This document shows, in pieces, positions 47,801 through 58,112 of a DNA stretch of 64,000 bases (its first letter is position 1; the number at the start of each line of letters is the position of its first letter). The stretch covers positions 1,736,001-1,800,000 of the forward strand of contig CAJINV010000008.1 in assembly GCA_905178155.1 (NCBI GenBank), read 5' to 3'. The notes beneath the pieces were generated by a model, which had not been told where the DNA came from, ran no database searches, and was given only the letters and a program-made list of their open reading frames with translations. The DNA comes from Amoebophrya sp. A120. Its lineage: Eukaryota; Protista; Dinoflagellata. A program made the translations under genes and the position numbers.

Positions 47801-48403
47801 CAGTTGCTTGCAAACGAGAGGCTTCCCTCCTTCCCCCAGCGTGAAACTCTGACTCTTCTTCAACGGCCTTGTACTATTATGCAGTAATTTGTTTGGATCG
47901 CTCAGCAGCCACACTGGAGTACCGCTACCGCCGCCGGCCAACGCCTTGCGATCTGGAACAGAATCAAAGGCGTTGCAGGAAACAGACCGCACGAAGTTGT
48001 TTGCCTTTCCTCGTCTCGGAACAATCTCCGCAGCTACTTCTTGATGTTCATCCTGCGTGGACGGCGGCGGCGCAGAGAAAGTACGAGCTACGGAAGCCAC
48101 CTTTCCGGAACGCACTCCCCCGTCATCATCTGAGTCTGACGTGACGGCATCGCTGGAATCATCATCCGCTCGATCTCCAGCAAGGTCCGGGTCCCGTGTG
48201 CCGTCCACACCTGCGACATCGCCCAGACTGTAAACACGAGATAATAGTGCAGCAGGCTCATGCACACCACGCCGTTTTCGTCGACTACCAACACCCCGCG
48301 TGGATGCTGCTACTAGACTTCCTTGTTCTTGTGTGAACAACCCATAAAAACCCATACTCACCAGACACCATGATCGACGATAGCATTTGACCATGATTTT
48401 CAA
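44873..48403 (-). CDS. Atypical kinase-like protein (APH/choline-kinase-type phosphotransferase fold), 1176 aa, intronless
   Basis: ALLEYLQGGSV (hinge-like), AHSDANLGNLLLDG (HxDxxxxN catalytic loop), IWWNDN (DFG-equivalent), FELAKAE. Confidence 0.65.
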   Translation of the reverse strand: MKIMVKCYRRSWCLVSMGFYGLFTQEQGSLVAASTRGVGSRRKRRGVHEPAALLSRVYSLGDVAGVDGTRDPDLAGDRADDDSSDAVTSDSDDDGGVRSGKVASVARTFSAPPPSTQDEHQEVAAEIVPRRGKANNFVRSVSCNAFDSVPDRKALAGGGSGTPVWLLSDPNKLLHNSTRPLKKSQSFTLGEGGKPLVCKQLDVDPKNEDSEEMKNYLKAAALNLNGTATLDAFDTCHETLKKLSGDSNAAEPVEALKAKMGVPLKGVLVDCTTGEDAGSSTVEANKGIAELGKKPNSGSRDFLKTNSAKQFGGSASAAQQQEGGSRRHSAARPALCNCLQQIQQPWNCLLPGGRTNRVRKVASRRAGTAVPVYNTRPGDPRPPALLSPRSQVSEWSCSPPPSPSRQESGYQSSFDGVDEQQEVEFSDNLSVTGLQRTVKEGERKGRQVRVFALLEYLQGGSVASALAKNALALQQATTNEALEANLRARQDQVLDLVADNLVETLLVRQRAAVRFGTTAEQRSAYLNSDFVVGKVRDRFRGLSSAGELVSVSAQPAKIGSVLSPQSRAANPKPSPWSALFDTILSQLEKDAARGKNQKDSLSFHRPSTREEHIKAEAVTILGPIRRDIEKARKLMEWIVNTFGEVLLYPEFVAPAAHSDANLGNLLLDGVVDGRSGNKRRIWWNDNSATGEKRVPLEFELAKAEFGCLHTILLLYAGTSSGSAASGEQKEQLFEYIKTKSGGPPQMDLGGNDDIRAAINSRFAAPSPLLPARWSPPTALPLRGRRAFNPQSPPTPELSSPYSRSTSGSSEADGGSDDSPAVYEGEKAVVQPVDKVGHHGKPRQMRRQVLPMSAGTASPSDHDTAAMVPRRPHALARSPASLPRKVSLPPTLEDDNADIPPLSLVGMDGDDETARREHQRTRDSRCGNQFGSAQTGYHASEDSAATSGAFSMLPSYDNSAILKRSLPSTVSMASTGIPKTGSVQSISSLSDVDHHHSLLDHRPDHSSWHVIQTLVNDTTALHHFDDADEFFFPSATPGAFVQDQLQQLAEWEVPKLTRLSGKAAALAPFAEHWREEIERKILAKYNTEQPKATNTKTRDSHDMRVPLLLLRGRVAAMFQRLSDIGYAIQKQPPNLLTRLVLNLQFMHLEAPMVLRMLHEFAALHHAERERHAAAQIP

Positions 48404-49468
48404 ATACTTTGGAAAACCAACTCTGAAGTGATGCGCGAGAGCAGAAATTGAACTGTGAAGCGTTGATGTTTCTCAAACAACAAAACTATGAGACTCTTTT
48501 CTATGCAGAAGGCGATGCTAAAGTTTTTATGAATGATGATGATGATGTTTTGAGGTACGTGTCTAAAGCTTTTGCAGGCGCAACAACCAATCAAAACCTA
48601 TCAATTGATCGAAGGCACGAATGGCACCCGAATTTTTTGCCTCCGATGCAAAATTTCCTTCGAAATACGGCAGTCCACACGTGATTCAGTAAAATCATAC
48701 ACTTCTTTCAATTTTTTGACCGTGCATACCGGCCTCGTCTAAATCTTAATTTGTGTACTCGTTCTTATGCTGTCGCTACTAGTGTTTTCTATGTCGCTAC
48801 TAGTGATTTTTATGCAGATTCTGAGTTAGGGAAAAATAAGGAGCAAGCCATTCAAAGCAAGTATGTCCAATGTCAAGTTTTTCTTTATCTGCGTGTTGTG
48901 CTGTTGCTGTTCGAAGGCGAATAAAGACTATATTTGTAAGATCAAGCTATAACTGAATACTTATGCCGCTGCGGAGTTGCTTGTGATACCTGCGAAGGAG
49001 CCGCAGGTACTAGCACACTATCGCTATGAAAATTAATATCGTGCAGATCTGCCAGGTCGTCGTGCAAACCAACGGATCACAAATGTAAGTTGGTCTGGAT
49101 CTTCGTGTGCACGAGAATAATCCGGCTCAGATGAACGCGCAATGGCAATTGTAGGCGTGGTCATTACGATTAGATGGAATGCGAAGCGGATCTTTTTCCA
49201 TGAAGGAACAGAAACTATTTGCTTGAACGAGCATGCGCTAATGAACTTCGTCGCATCGCGCCAAGCAGGGGAGCCAGAGACAAGGTCTCTTCAGTCTCTG
49301 GTCTGCCCGTACTCGTAGATCAGGATGAATCAATTACATGCATACAACACCAGCTTTCGTCGTGGAAATGTGCACCGTTTCGATGACATGTATGACTGCA
49401 GCCACAAATGATTTACATCTACATGCTAAAAAGGAAGCAATTGGAGTTGCGGTGTCACCAGACTTTCT

Positions 49469-50776
49469 TCATAAGAATTCAGCAGCGGACCCAGGTGGTG
49501 TATTTTTTGGCCCTGGCAGCTGTGATCCTGATTGTGGATTTTCTCTTTCTGCCACCAAACAAGATGTCATTGACTTTTCTAGCACTACTGGCATGATTCC
49601 AACATCGTGTCTACTTGATTCTGTTCTTGCTGCGGCATCTCTCCTTGAGGTTCTTGCAGGAGCTCTTTCCCTTAATATTACCTTGTCCTGCTGACATCTG
49701 CTGTTGTGCCTGCTGGTGGTTTCTTTTCTGTCAGAACCAGTCGTCTTCACCGCCTTTCTTTTACCGCTCAGCTGCAGACACAGCGGTTTCTTCGCCGATC
49801 TCTCGCGGATACCTACGGTATTAGAGCCCTCCCGACAATCTCTGGACTTCTCCCCGTCCGGCGTGGTACGGGCACTTCCCTCTCGTGCCCTCTCGTCTCG
49901 CTCGTCCATCGCCAGAAAGGCCAGGGCCAATCCGATCGAGGACCCCCCGACCAGTTGCGCCGACTTCGTCTGCTCAGCCAGCTATTACAATGAAAAATGC
50001 CCCCACCCCCGAGCTTGGGAGCATTTGTATTGCAAACCTTTCCAAATGAAACATTCGCCCTCTTGCATCTATCAGCATCACAGGTTTCCAATCGTGAATG
50101 GCAAAAATTTGTATTGCAAAAGACCCAAGCAAGAGCGGCGCTTGTCATGCAAGCGATGCGATACACGCCGAGACTCTGCATCAGAAAGATTCATACTCCT
50201 TTCATTCATGCCAAAAGTTTTCATTTGGAAACTTCGCATCACAAATTTTTGCAACTTTGGGGGTGGGGGCATTTTTCACTGTAATACCAGCGCCTTGGGA
50301 TTCCCGCTGGGGATCAGGTCTATCTTTCTTCTCACCAGCCGCCGGGTGTCTTGCAGCATGCTTGCCATTGCCTCCAGGTGCTTTTGCCATTCACCGCAGT
50401 GCGTCGCTGAGGGACGCCCGAGGCTGGGATCACCTGTGATTGTTAATATTGTTTCCATGCTAATATTAGGGGCGGAAATACATCAGCTGAGGACAAAGAC
50501 GAAGAGGAAAAGTACAAGTATCTGTAGCGACAATCCAAAAAGAACATGCAAATCCTCATCCCGCCTGCTCGCGTCGAGCGAGAGTAGCACAACGACCTAA
50601 AAGTCAAAGCGCAATTATCGACGTGTTTCACTGGTACCTCTCTCGGCTTTCTCCCGAGCCTTCTTGACGTCTGCTTCGAATTTCGCCGCGTCCGGACAGT
50701 CCCATGCCTGGTCCTTCAAGGGCGCACTCTCCGGCAAAATGCAAGTAGCAGCCGTTTTCGCTGCACCGCGAGGCAT
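49469..50776 (-). CDS. Hypothetical protein (~264 aa, 3 exons)
   Basis: ATG 50776 (MPRGAAKT). Canonical GT-AG intron 50434-50637 and a 309-nt introner both restore the frame (AERG/DPSL; PKAL/AEQT). Confidence 0.7.
49983..50286 (-). mobile_element. Introner, TAT...ATA termini, 5-bp DR CCAGC
   Basis: Inverted repeat TATTACAATGAAAAATGCCCCCACCCC / GGGGTGGGGGCATTTTTCACTGTAATA. Confidence 0.93.
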
Positions 50777-52102
50777 TTTGTTGATCTTCTGTCAATTATA
50801 TGCGGGGATAGACATTCGGGCGGTATTTGTTTTTTAGTGGGTAGTCTTGTGTGTGTCTCACATTTGGTCTCATTTCAAATAAAAACTACCTCACTAGTAA
50901 GCGAGGCTACTGTGTCCGCAATTTGCAGCAACAAGGTAGAAACCAATATGAGACACGACAAACAACGGACCATAGACCTGTGAAAGCCAGGAAAAGCAAT
51001 TTCCTCAAACACGATGACCCACCACGATTTTCACGAATAAAAATGAGAGCTGCAAGGACGATTTTACCAAGGAAAAATCGACGATACCCGTCGGAGCACC
51101 AGCACGATCTTCGACCCTAGGTAACGAAAGCAGCAATTTATCGCTTCAATATGTAGAACTTTCGGGTACATGATGGAAAATCACTTGCATGGATCAAGGC
51201 AGTGAACATGATCTTTCTATGATGTTGCCAAGAGAAACTTATTTATAATTGACGAAACGAAAGAGATATTGTGGCTGTTGTTTTTACGGCCCTCGGAACC
51301 TAAGATCTTCCTGTATTTTAGTTTACTGAAGCGAGAAAAAACCATACATACTGGTTTACATGCCGCCAAAAACTACAACACTTGCCACAGCTTCTGGAAG
51401 GCGGAGGCACATCGATGAACATCGGTGCAGATATGAAATGAAACACCCTTCGGCTCCACAAGACGGGCACCCCTTCAAGACGAAAGTGCTTCTGCCTTCG
51501 CATTTAGTTTACAGGGTGGTAGCACAGCTACAGTCTGCGAATTTGCGATGCATTTGGTCCGTGGATCTCCCTACTTCGTGCTCCGCCGTTCTATCCAAGC
51601 GATTTTTTCTCGGTGTCGCCGATGCAGTGTCTATGTATACATTGGCGATGAATAAAAACACAACTGTCGCGAAAATTAGTGTTGTAATACCCGGTGCACA
51701 CGACCTATTTTTGATCGTGATACACTTAATCGCTGGTGTCAGGCAGAAAAGACAAAGAGCGAAAATTTCTAGAAAATAAAAGCAACCAGAGGAGTCGATG
51801 ATATTCTTCGTTCTTGTTGAGGTGTCGTTGTTTTGTTCCTTCATATATCATCAGACTCTATATTCATATTGTCGATGCCGTCTTCATCTTCTCTTCTTGG
51901 CAAAGAAAACACCTGGCGGTGGTGCTGTGCCAGGTCGTATTTCTTTATTCGCTGACGCTGGGTTTGTCCTTGTCGAGAGCAAGGGCAAGCGCCGATGAAA
52001 TATAATTCTCCGTTTTTTTGATAAACTAGTGTAATCTGCTTCGTGTTCGTTCGCACCTGATGTTTTTTTTCCGAGGAGAAATATGAAGTAAGTATTTATG
52101 CC

Positions 52103-52432
52103 CTATTTGTGCTTGACGTTGATCCCGCCGCGCACACCGATTCCGGACGTCGTTACACCTCCGCAGGCCGCGTGCATATCCTTCCAGTGGGCCTCGTTGT
52201 TAATGTCGAAAGCACCAAGCTTCCTGTGCTTCGATTCCCAGTGCTCAGACGCCGACTTCTCGGAGGGTGCCGCCTGCCCGCACATCACACAACTGTACTT
52301 TGCGTGCCCCGCCGCACCGCCCGCCCTGTCTTTGATGCCAGCCGAGCCCGCCCCCTTGTTGATTAACGCGTCCTTAGCCTTCTGGGCAAGCTCCTTAGCC
52401 GTGTGCTTCGTCGGTTTTGCTTTGCCACCCAT
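52103..52432 (-). CDS. MBS1 (methylene blue sensitivity)-like small C2H2 zinc finger protein
   Basis: MGGKAKPTKHTAKEL...NKGAGSAGIKDR...GHAKYSCVMC...HWESKH matches the plant/algal MBS family signature as I recall it. Confidence 0.85.
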   Translation of the reverse strand: MGGKAKPTKHTAKELAQKAKDALINKGAGSAGIKDRAGGAAGHAKYSCVMCGQAAPSEKSASEHWESKHRKLGAFDINNEAHWKDMHAACGGVTTSGIGVRGGINVKHK

Positions 52433-53394
52433 TTTCGACAGAAACGGAGTGCTAGTTCAGAAAATGTATGTATGTATTACAGATGCTCGCTTTATATCGT
52501 TACCTTTTGCAGAAAATCGAAAATGCAATCGATCTCGATGTAAAATCTTGGTATAACAATCCTGCTGCTTCTTGTAGCTGTCTGTTGTCTCAATGTCGAA
52601 GTCGATGGTAAAGATTTACAATCAGAATCACGAAATAAATTCGCTGGTAGTACAACTGGTGCATCAATCTACTTTGTCTTCTATTTTCGATTGGCCTGCG
52701 GAAATTATATTCGCAAAAATCAAGTTGTCAATACTAGAGTCAACCAAATTCTGGTGAAAGAGGTTTATTTTCGCTTGGGGTCGTCACAGAATTTCTTCCT
52801 GTAGCATGGAACCATTGTCAGCATTTTCAAAAACATTGTTCTCACTCTCGTGATTCTGATCGCTATGATTTTCTTTCTTGTACTACAACTACAGATCCTT
52901 TCATTATCAAATGCAAGCATGGCGCACCATCAGCTCGTTCTATCATCAACTCCGACGGACTGTCATACGATGCCTTTACCTCGTCAGAACAGATCTTTTG
53001 TTCTTCGTTTTACGCACTACAAAGAAAGTTCTATCTCGTCCTCATCCGATGTTTCGTGCTGTTCATCTGTTTCTGTAACGCCACATCAATACGCACTATC
53101 TCCTCGAAGAACTTTACTTTGAATTTTACAGTCAGGGTTAGCTCAACACCAGATCTTCCTAATTATTGCCTGCTGAAGGTCAGTCAAAATATTGCCGGCG
53201 TCTGTGACCCATTCAAAATGAAAATTGTAGGGGGCAAAATTATAAAGTGGTTGAAACAAACAAACTTCCGGGGAAATTGTAGATTCAACAAAACTGCTGA
53301 TCTGAAGTTCAAGTTCCGCGGGGGGGCAGAATAAAAACAAGTACTGGTGACACAGTGACTGTGGTATTTGTAAATTTCTTGGAAAAAATTGGCT

Positions 53395-55567
53395 TCACAC
53401 GTCTACGTGAGCCAGGTTTACGCATCTCGGATTTCGGCACTTCATCGGTAATGGGTCGCGCCCCAATTTTGCCAACTTCTGGAAGCTCTCATCGGCCGCA
53501 AACACAAACGCGAGGATTCGGTTTGCGTACATCTTCGTTTCCTTGTCGGTTTTCTGTACGCCCAGGCACGGCTGCCGCTGCGGAACAGGATAGTCTACTC
53601 TGGTATTGTTCCTATCGTTGCCAGCAGAAGTGGGAACTTGCTTGATGCCATTCTTCTCTACTCTACCTTTTCCGCTAACAACTGCAGTCGCAGACGCGCC
53701 ATGCTTTTCGCTGTCCAGGTACTCACCACACCACTCCACACATTTGTCCGAACCTCCCAGAATAGGATCTTCGAAGCGGGGCACGGACTTCTGTTGTACA
53801 TGTACAAGAGATGGATAAATTTGGACGCGAAAGAGATACAGATAGAGATTCAATTTGCATTATATATAATTGAATTCTCTTATACTTTCTCAATCTTGAC
53901 GATGCATGACCGGCGCAACGCTCGAGCTTGAAGCGCTTTATCTATAAGTACCCATCAATATCCACTTAGTAGATCGACGATGAAGATGACACTAGTATAA
54001 ACCAATTGTCTACAGAAACAGCCATTTCAAGAATACCGCGATTGCTGCCAGGAGCGAGTAAACGGAGCTCTCCGGCTGGAACGCGTCCCAGGTGCGGGAG
54101 TGCACGTGGCGAATCCATATCACGTTGACAAGTTCCAGGATCTCTTCCTCAGAGCGCACTTCGATGGCTGCTGTAGTCGCTGAGCTGGAGGAAGCAGCGG
54201 CCGAGTTATGAACTGTAAAAATGTCTGGGTCTGGAAGAATGCGCGATTTGTCATGCAGCTTTTTCGTGACCCATGAGGCCTGGAATGCAGGACCTAGCAT
54301 GACAGATTCTGTGCGATCTTTCTCATGCCTATCCTGCATGAGAAACTGCCTCCCGACTTGGTCAAAACTGGACGACTTTTGGTAATTATGCAACACAGAT
54401 TTTCGCATGCTTCAGATTTAGCATGACAAGCTGCATTCTTCCAGACCCAGACATTTTTACATTTGATACGAATGGCTGGCCGAGGACGACGAGCTGCTCT
54501 CTTGCTCTATCAACTGTAAAAATGTCTGGGTCTGGAAGATTCTGACACTTGTCATGCACGTTTTGCATGAGCCATGATGTCCGTGATGCATACCCTAGCA
54601 ATACAGATTCTTTGAGGGCTTCTTGATGCCTATTCCGCATGACAAATGCCTTCTCAGCGTAGCAAAAATTGCATTCCCTTTGCTACTCATGCAATACAGA
54701 TTTTTTTGGAATCCAAATGCAGCATCACAAGTTGCATTCTTCCAGACCCTGACCCAGACACTTTTGCATTTGATATGCTCTCTTGTGGGACCACGACCGT
54801 GATATGAATTGCACAAGCATCGTACTCGTAAAAATGCATCACAAATTTCCTCAGCATGAGAAATAAAATTTGTAATGCAGATTTGCCTTGGGAACAAGAT
54901 TTGTAATGCAAGACTTGCATTTAGACGAGTACGATACTTTTGCACAGGATACGTGATGCAGCTCGGCTATTTCAGCTGTCGTCGTGGTACTACCATTCGC
55001 TGGCTTGGCTTTAATATTATTTCGGTGTGGATCCCCCTTAGCTTTGGTTCGACGAAGATCCTGGTCCTCGTCGTGTAAGGGATGCTCGTGCTCCTCCTCA
55101 CCAACATCGTTTCTATCATAGCCATAGTCGTAGTCGCCCTCGCCCCAGTTGTCCTCGTCTGCATCGTCAAGCTTCCTCTCCTCATCGTAGTCACCTTCAT
55201 TCCCGTAGTAATTTTCGTCGTAGGTGGAGTTGTTCTGCCTCGTCGCCCCACGCGTGTGACTCGCTGTCAGTCGGATCTCCGTCCGCTTTTGCCTGTCGTG
55301 ATCCGTCGTCCTCCGGCCTGCATTCCCGCGCTGGTGGTCCCTTTGATTCGTTCTGTCAGCGCGACTCGTAGTTGTACCTCCGATGTCATCTTCGGGAGTT
55401 GTTGTACCTTGCTCGCGATTGCGCTTCTTATTCTTTGTTGCCACCGTGATGTTCACACTGGTCGCACTGCGCGATTTGTTCTTGGCTTTTCGGGTTTGGT
55501 CTGTCGTCCCGAAAAACTGGCCCAAGGGGCCCTCCGTACACAACGCACAACTCCACCAGGGACGCAT
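53395..55567 (-). CDS. Protein with a C-terminal His-Cys-box (homing-endonuclease Zn-loop)-like domain (~410 aa, 5 exons; start uncertain)
   Basis: Three introners (154, 273, 267 nt) plus GT-AG intron 53791-54036 give one frame. C-terminal KCVEWCG...YANRILAFVFA...KCRNPRCVNLAHV. Confidence 0.7.
54207..54468 (-). mobile_element. Introner family A, copy 2; DR CGAGT/CGAAT
   Basis: Near-identical over its full length to 39644-39904. Confidence 0.95.
54508..54775 (-). mobile_element. Introner family A, copy 3 (more diverged); DR TGCTC
   Basis: Same TIR and collinear internal sequence as copies 1 and 2. Confidence 0.92.
54803..54951 (-). mobile_element. Introner family B; DR CGTGA
   Basis: Right end ACGAGTACGATACTTTTGCACAGGATA is identical to that of 12522-12662. 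154-nt removal gives AELHH/GRGPT. Confidence 0.92.
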
Positions 55568-56991
55568 GGTGGAATAAGAATGTCTTCTCGTGAAGACGTT
55601 GTGTGCTCGTCCTGCGATCCAAAAGTAAAGAGGTGCTCGTTTCTTACACTTCAATTTTGAATCCGTTTCCTTGCTAAAGTACAAGTTCCATACGTAGAGG
55701 TAGACAGGAATTTCGCATTACTTATTTCAGCGGCACCCACGACACGAGCTTTTATTATTCTTTTTCCGTTTCTTTGCCTCCGCACACAGATTGCCTCCTC
55801 TCTTTTCGACAAATGAAAAAAGCATCGCTCAACAAGCAACACTCGGCTCTCCGTGACGCTTCCTTGTCTACGCTTGAAATTCGACATTTTTTCGCAAACA
55901 GCTGGAGCGACAACGAAGATTCTGATCAAGTAGAAAAAGGCAGCAGTAAAGACGATGGAGCGCGATGACAAACAACGATAAAAAAATCCCGACGACAGTT
56001 TGAACAAGCATGAGCATTGTAGAGCTCTTGCCCATAGTTGTACCATGTCGTGATGACTCGGCAGTCCTGTCCAGTATTATTTTTTCTCCCGTGCTCGCCC
56101 TCCTAGCCGTGGCGCGTCTTTTTGAGAAATCTGCCGTATAAGTTTTTGCGCTGTTGTAGTCCTCGTCTCGTCAATAACAGGAGACAAAAGGATCACGAAT
56201 TCATCTCGTTTCGTGCGTCCCCTTCTTCCTGGCGGCACGTTTTCTCGGCTAGTATTTCACTCGGGTGGTGGTCCTCGAGCGGGTGATACTGAGACATAGA
56301 ATCCAGTCTTACTGGAGAGAAGAGGTAAAACAGAAAAGTCAGACCTTCCAAGCAGCCGCGCCTCGTTGAAATCAAGAAAAGACGAACGAGGGGCGCGGGA
56401 AGGCTGAGAATAGTGGGTGTTAGTAATCTAGAAAAAGGGGCCACAGCTATGCATGATATTTGCAGCCGAGGAATGAACGATATAATATCAAAAAACTGAA
56501 GGACTTGTTCGAAAAGCAAAAAAACAGTTCGCGAGATAGTTCTTTCTGCTTGGATTGGCGGTCTTTTTCTTCGTCCAATGGAAATCTTTAATATTTTCCA
56601 ACCTACTAGTGTGTGCTGCTCATCCAAGATATTGTGCGTGCTTCAGAAGTTCGATTTTTGAATTAGTTGGATCCCGGTCAAGGACCAAGAAAAAGGAGAT
56701 CTTCTGCTTCTTTGCGGGACCGGTGAAGTAGTTCGACTTGCCAAGAAAAGTGACCCCCTGCAATGGATGCACTCTTTCTCCCGTTGCATACTGAGTCATT
56801 CTATCGACTAGCGAAAAAGCAAAAAAAGTATCTCTGTTTCTCGTGCCTGAGATCGACATCTTCACTGTGTAACTTTTGTTTGAGTTTTTGTTTGGTTGTC
56901 ATCGAAGATAACAAGTCAGAAACCACCAGCAAAAGCTTGAACTGTGACAAACCCCTTCCAGATTTACCATTACCCACAGCAGGCTCTTGGT

Positions 56992-58112
56992 TCAGTCCAT
57001 TGTGCCCTTGTTCCCATGTCCAAGATCCTTTTTGCTGTTTTGCTCGTAGTGCTTCAGCGCCGAACTGCCCTCGTCATTGCTGTGCTGCGCGAGCTCACCT
57101 GGTTGAGTTTTATTGGTCCATCCATCGTTAGTGTGCTTTATTGAAAACATACACTGCATATCAACTCGTCACTTATCGCGCGCAGCAGTGGAAGCATGAC
57201 AGTGAGGGCATGGGCACTATCGAGCCCTGCATTAAATAAGACCACAGCAAAAATCATGACATCAAGATGTACCTGGCAGGATAAGTCGGACCGCGCAGTT
57301 GATATCCCGTGCGCTCATGGTGTCTCGGTTGTCCATCTGAAGTACGGATTTTTTATTCCAAAATCCAAATATGAGTGAAAATGAAATTTTTGAGTGGTTA
57401 TGTATTAGCATTCCTATGCCCCGCCGCATTCTTCATCGAGAAAGTAACGCAAAGAAGCACTACTCCGCGGGTCCTCGTTCGTCCCACGAGGACAGAAAAG
57501 CAACCGCACAATCGCATCCAAAAACTCCTATACCTTGACGAGTTTGCCGGCTTCCTCGCTAATTTGGAAGAAGGCGTTGCACACCAAGTCGTTCATTACT
57601 GTCATTCCCTGCTTCGTAATTCCGATGTTTGGGTGCACCTGCTTGAGCACTCGGTGGATAAACGTGTCGAATTTCAGCTCCTTCTTGTTTTTGTTCTTCT
57701 TCTTAATCGGCTTCCCGTTCTTGTCCACCTTCTTCCCGTTCTCTTTGATAACCTGACAAGTTGTATTTTTGCCATACTGCGGCAACACACATTCAAAATA
57801 TTTTCACATCTTTCTTCTCCATCTCTTGCGTGCGCTGCTCTGCATTGATTCATGCCATAGATGATGTACTTACGCCACATTTTTTTAGTCTTGTCGTGAT
57901 CGTAGTGTAGTACGTCACATTTACAAATTGACTTCTAGTTTTTATACCTTATCAAACTTCCCATCCTTGTCCTTCAACTTTTCCTTTTTCTTGTCCTTTT
58001 CCTTAAACCCCTTGTCCTTGTAGTCCTTGTCCTTGAATCCCTTATCCTTGTATCCCTTGTCCTTCTTCTTGTCGAAGTCGAAATCGTGATCCTCGTCGAG
58101 AAACCCCGACAT
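56992..58112 (-). CDS. H2B: Histone H2B variant (184 aa; exons 58112-57948, 57752-57534, 57336-57273, 57098-56992)
   Basis: Histone fold FDTFIHRVLKQVHPNIGIT...EEAGKLVK/MDNRDTMSARDINCAVRLILP/GELAQHS; three GT-AG introns. Confidence 0.92.

Noticed and set aside
48768-48812. Short tandem duplication TGTCGCTACTAGTG; also an 18-bp duplication near 20250-20290 and CA microsatellites
   Set aside because: Ordinary slippage repeats.
49704-50600. 298-aa plus-strand ORF
   Set aside because: Crosses an introner and an intron of a minus-strand gene; no protein signal.
54386-54945. Repeated peptide NVKMSGSGRMQLVML in several ORFs (also 39822-39904)
   Set aside because: Translation of the family A introner TIR, not a protein repeat.
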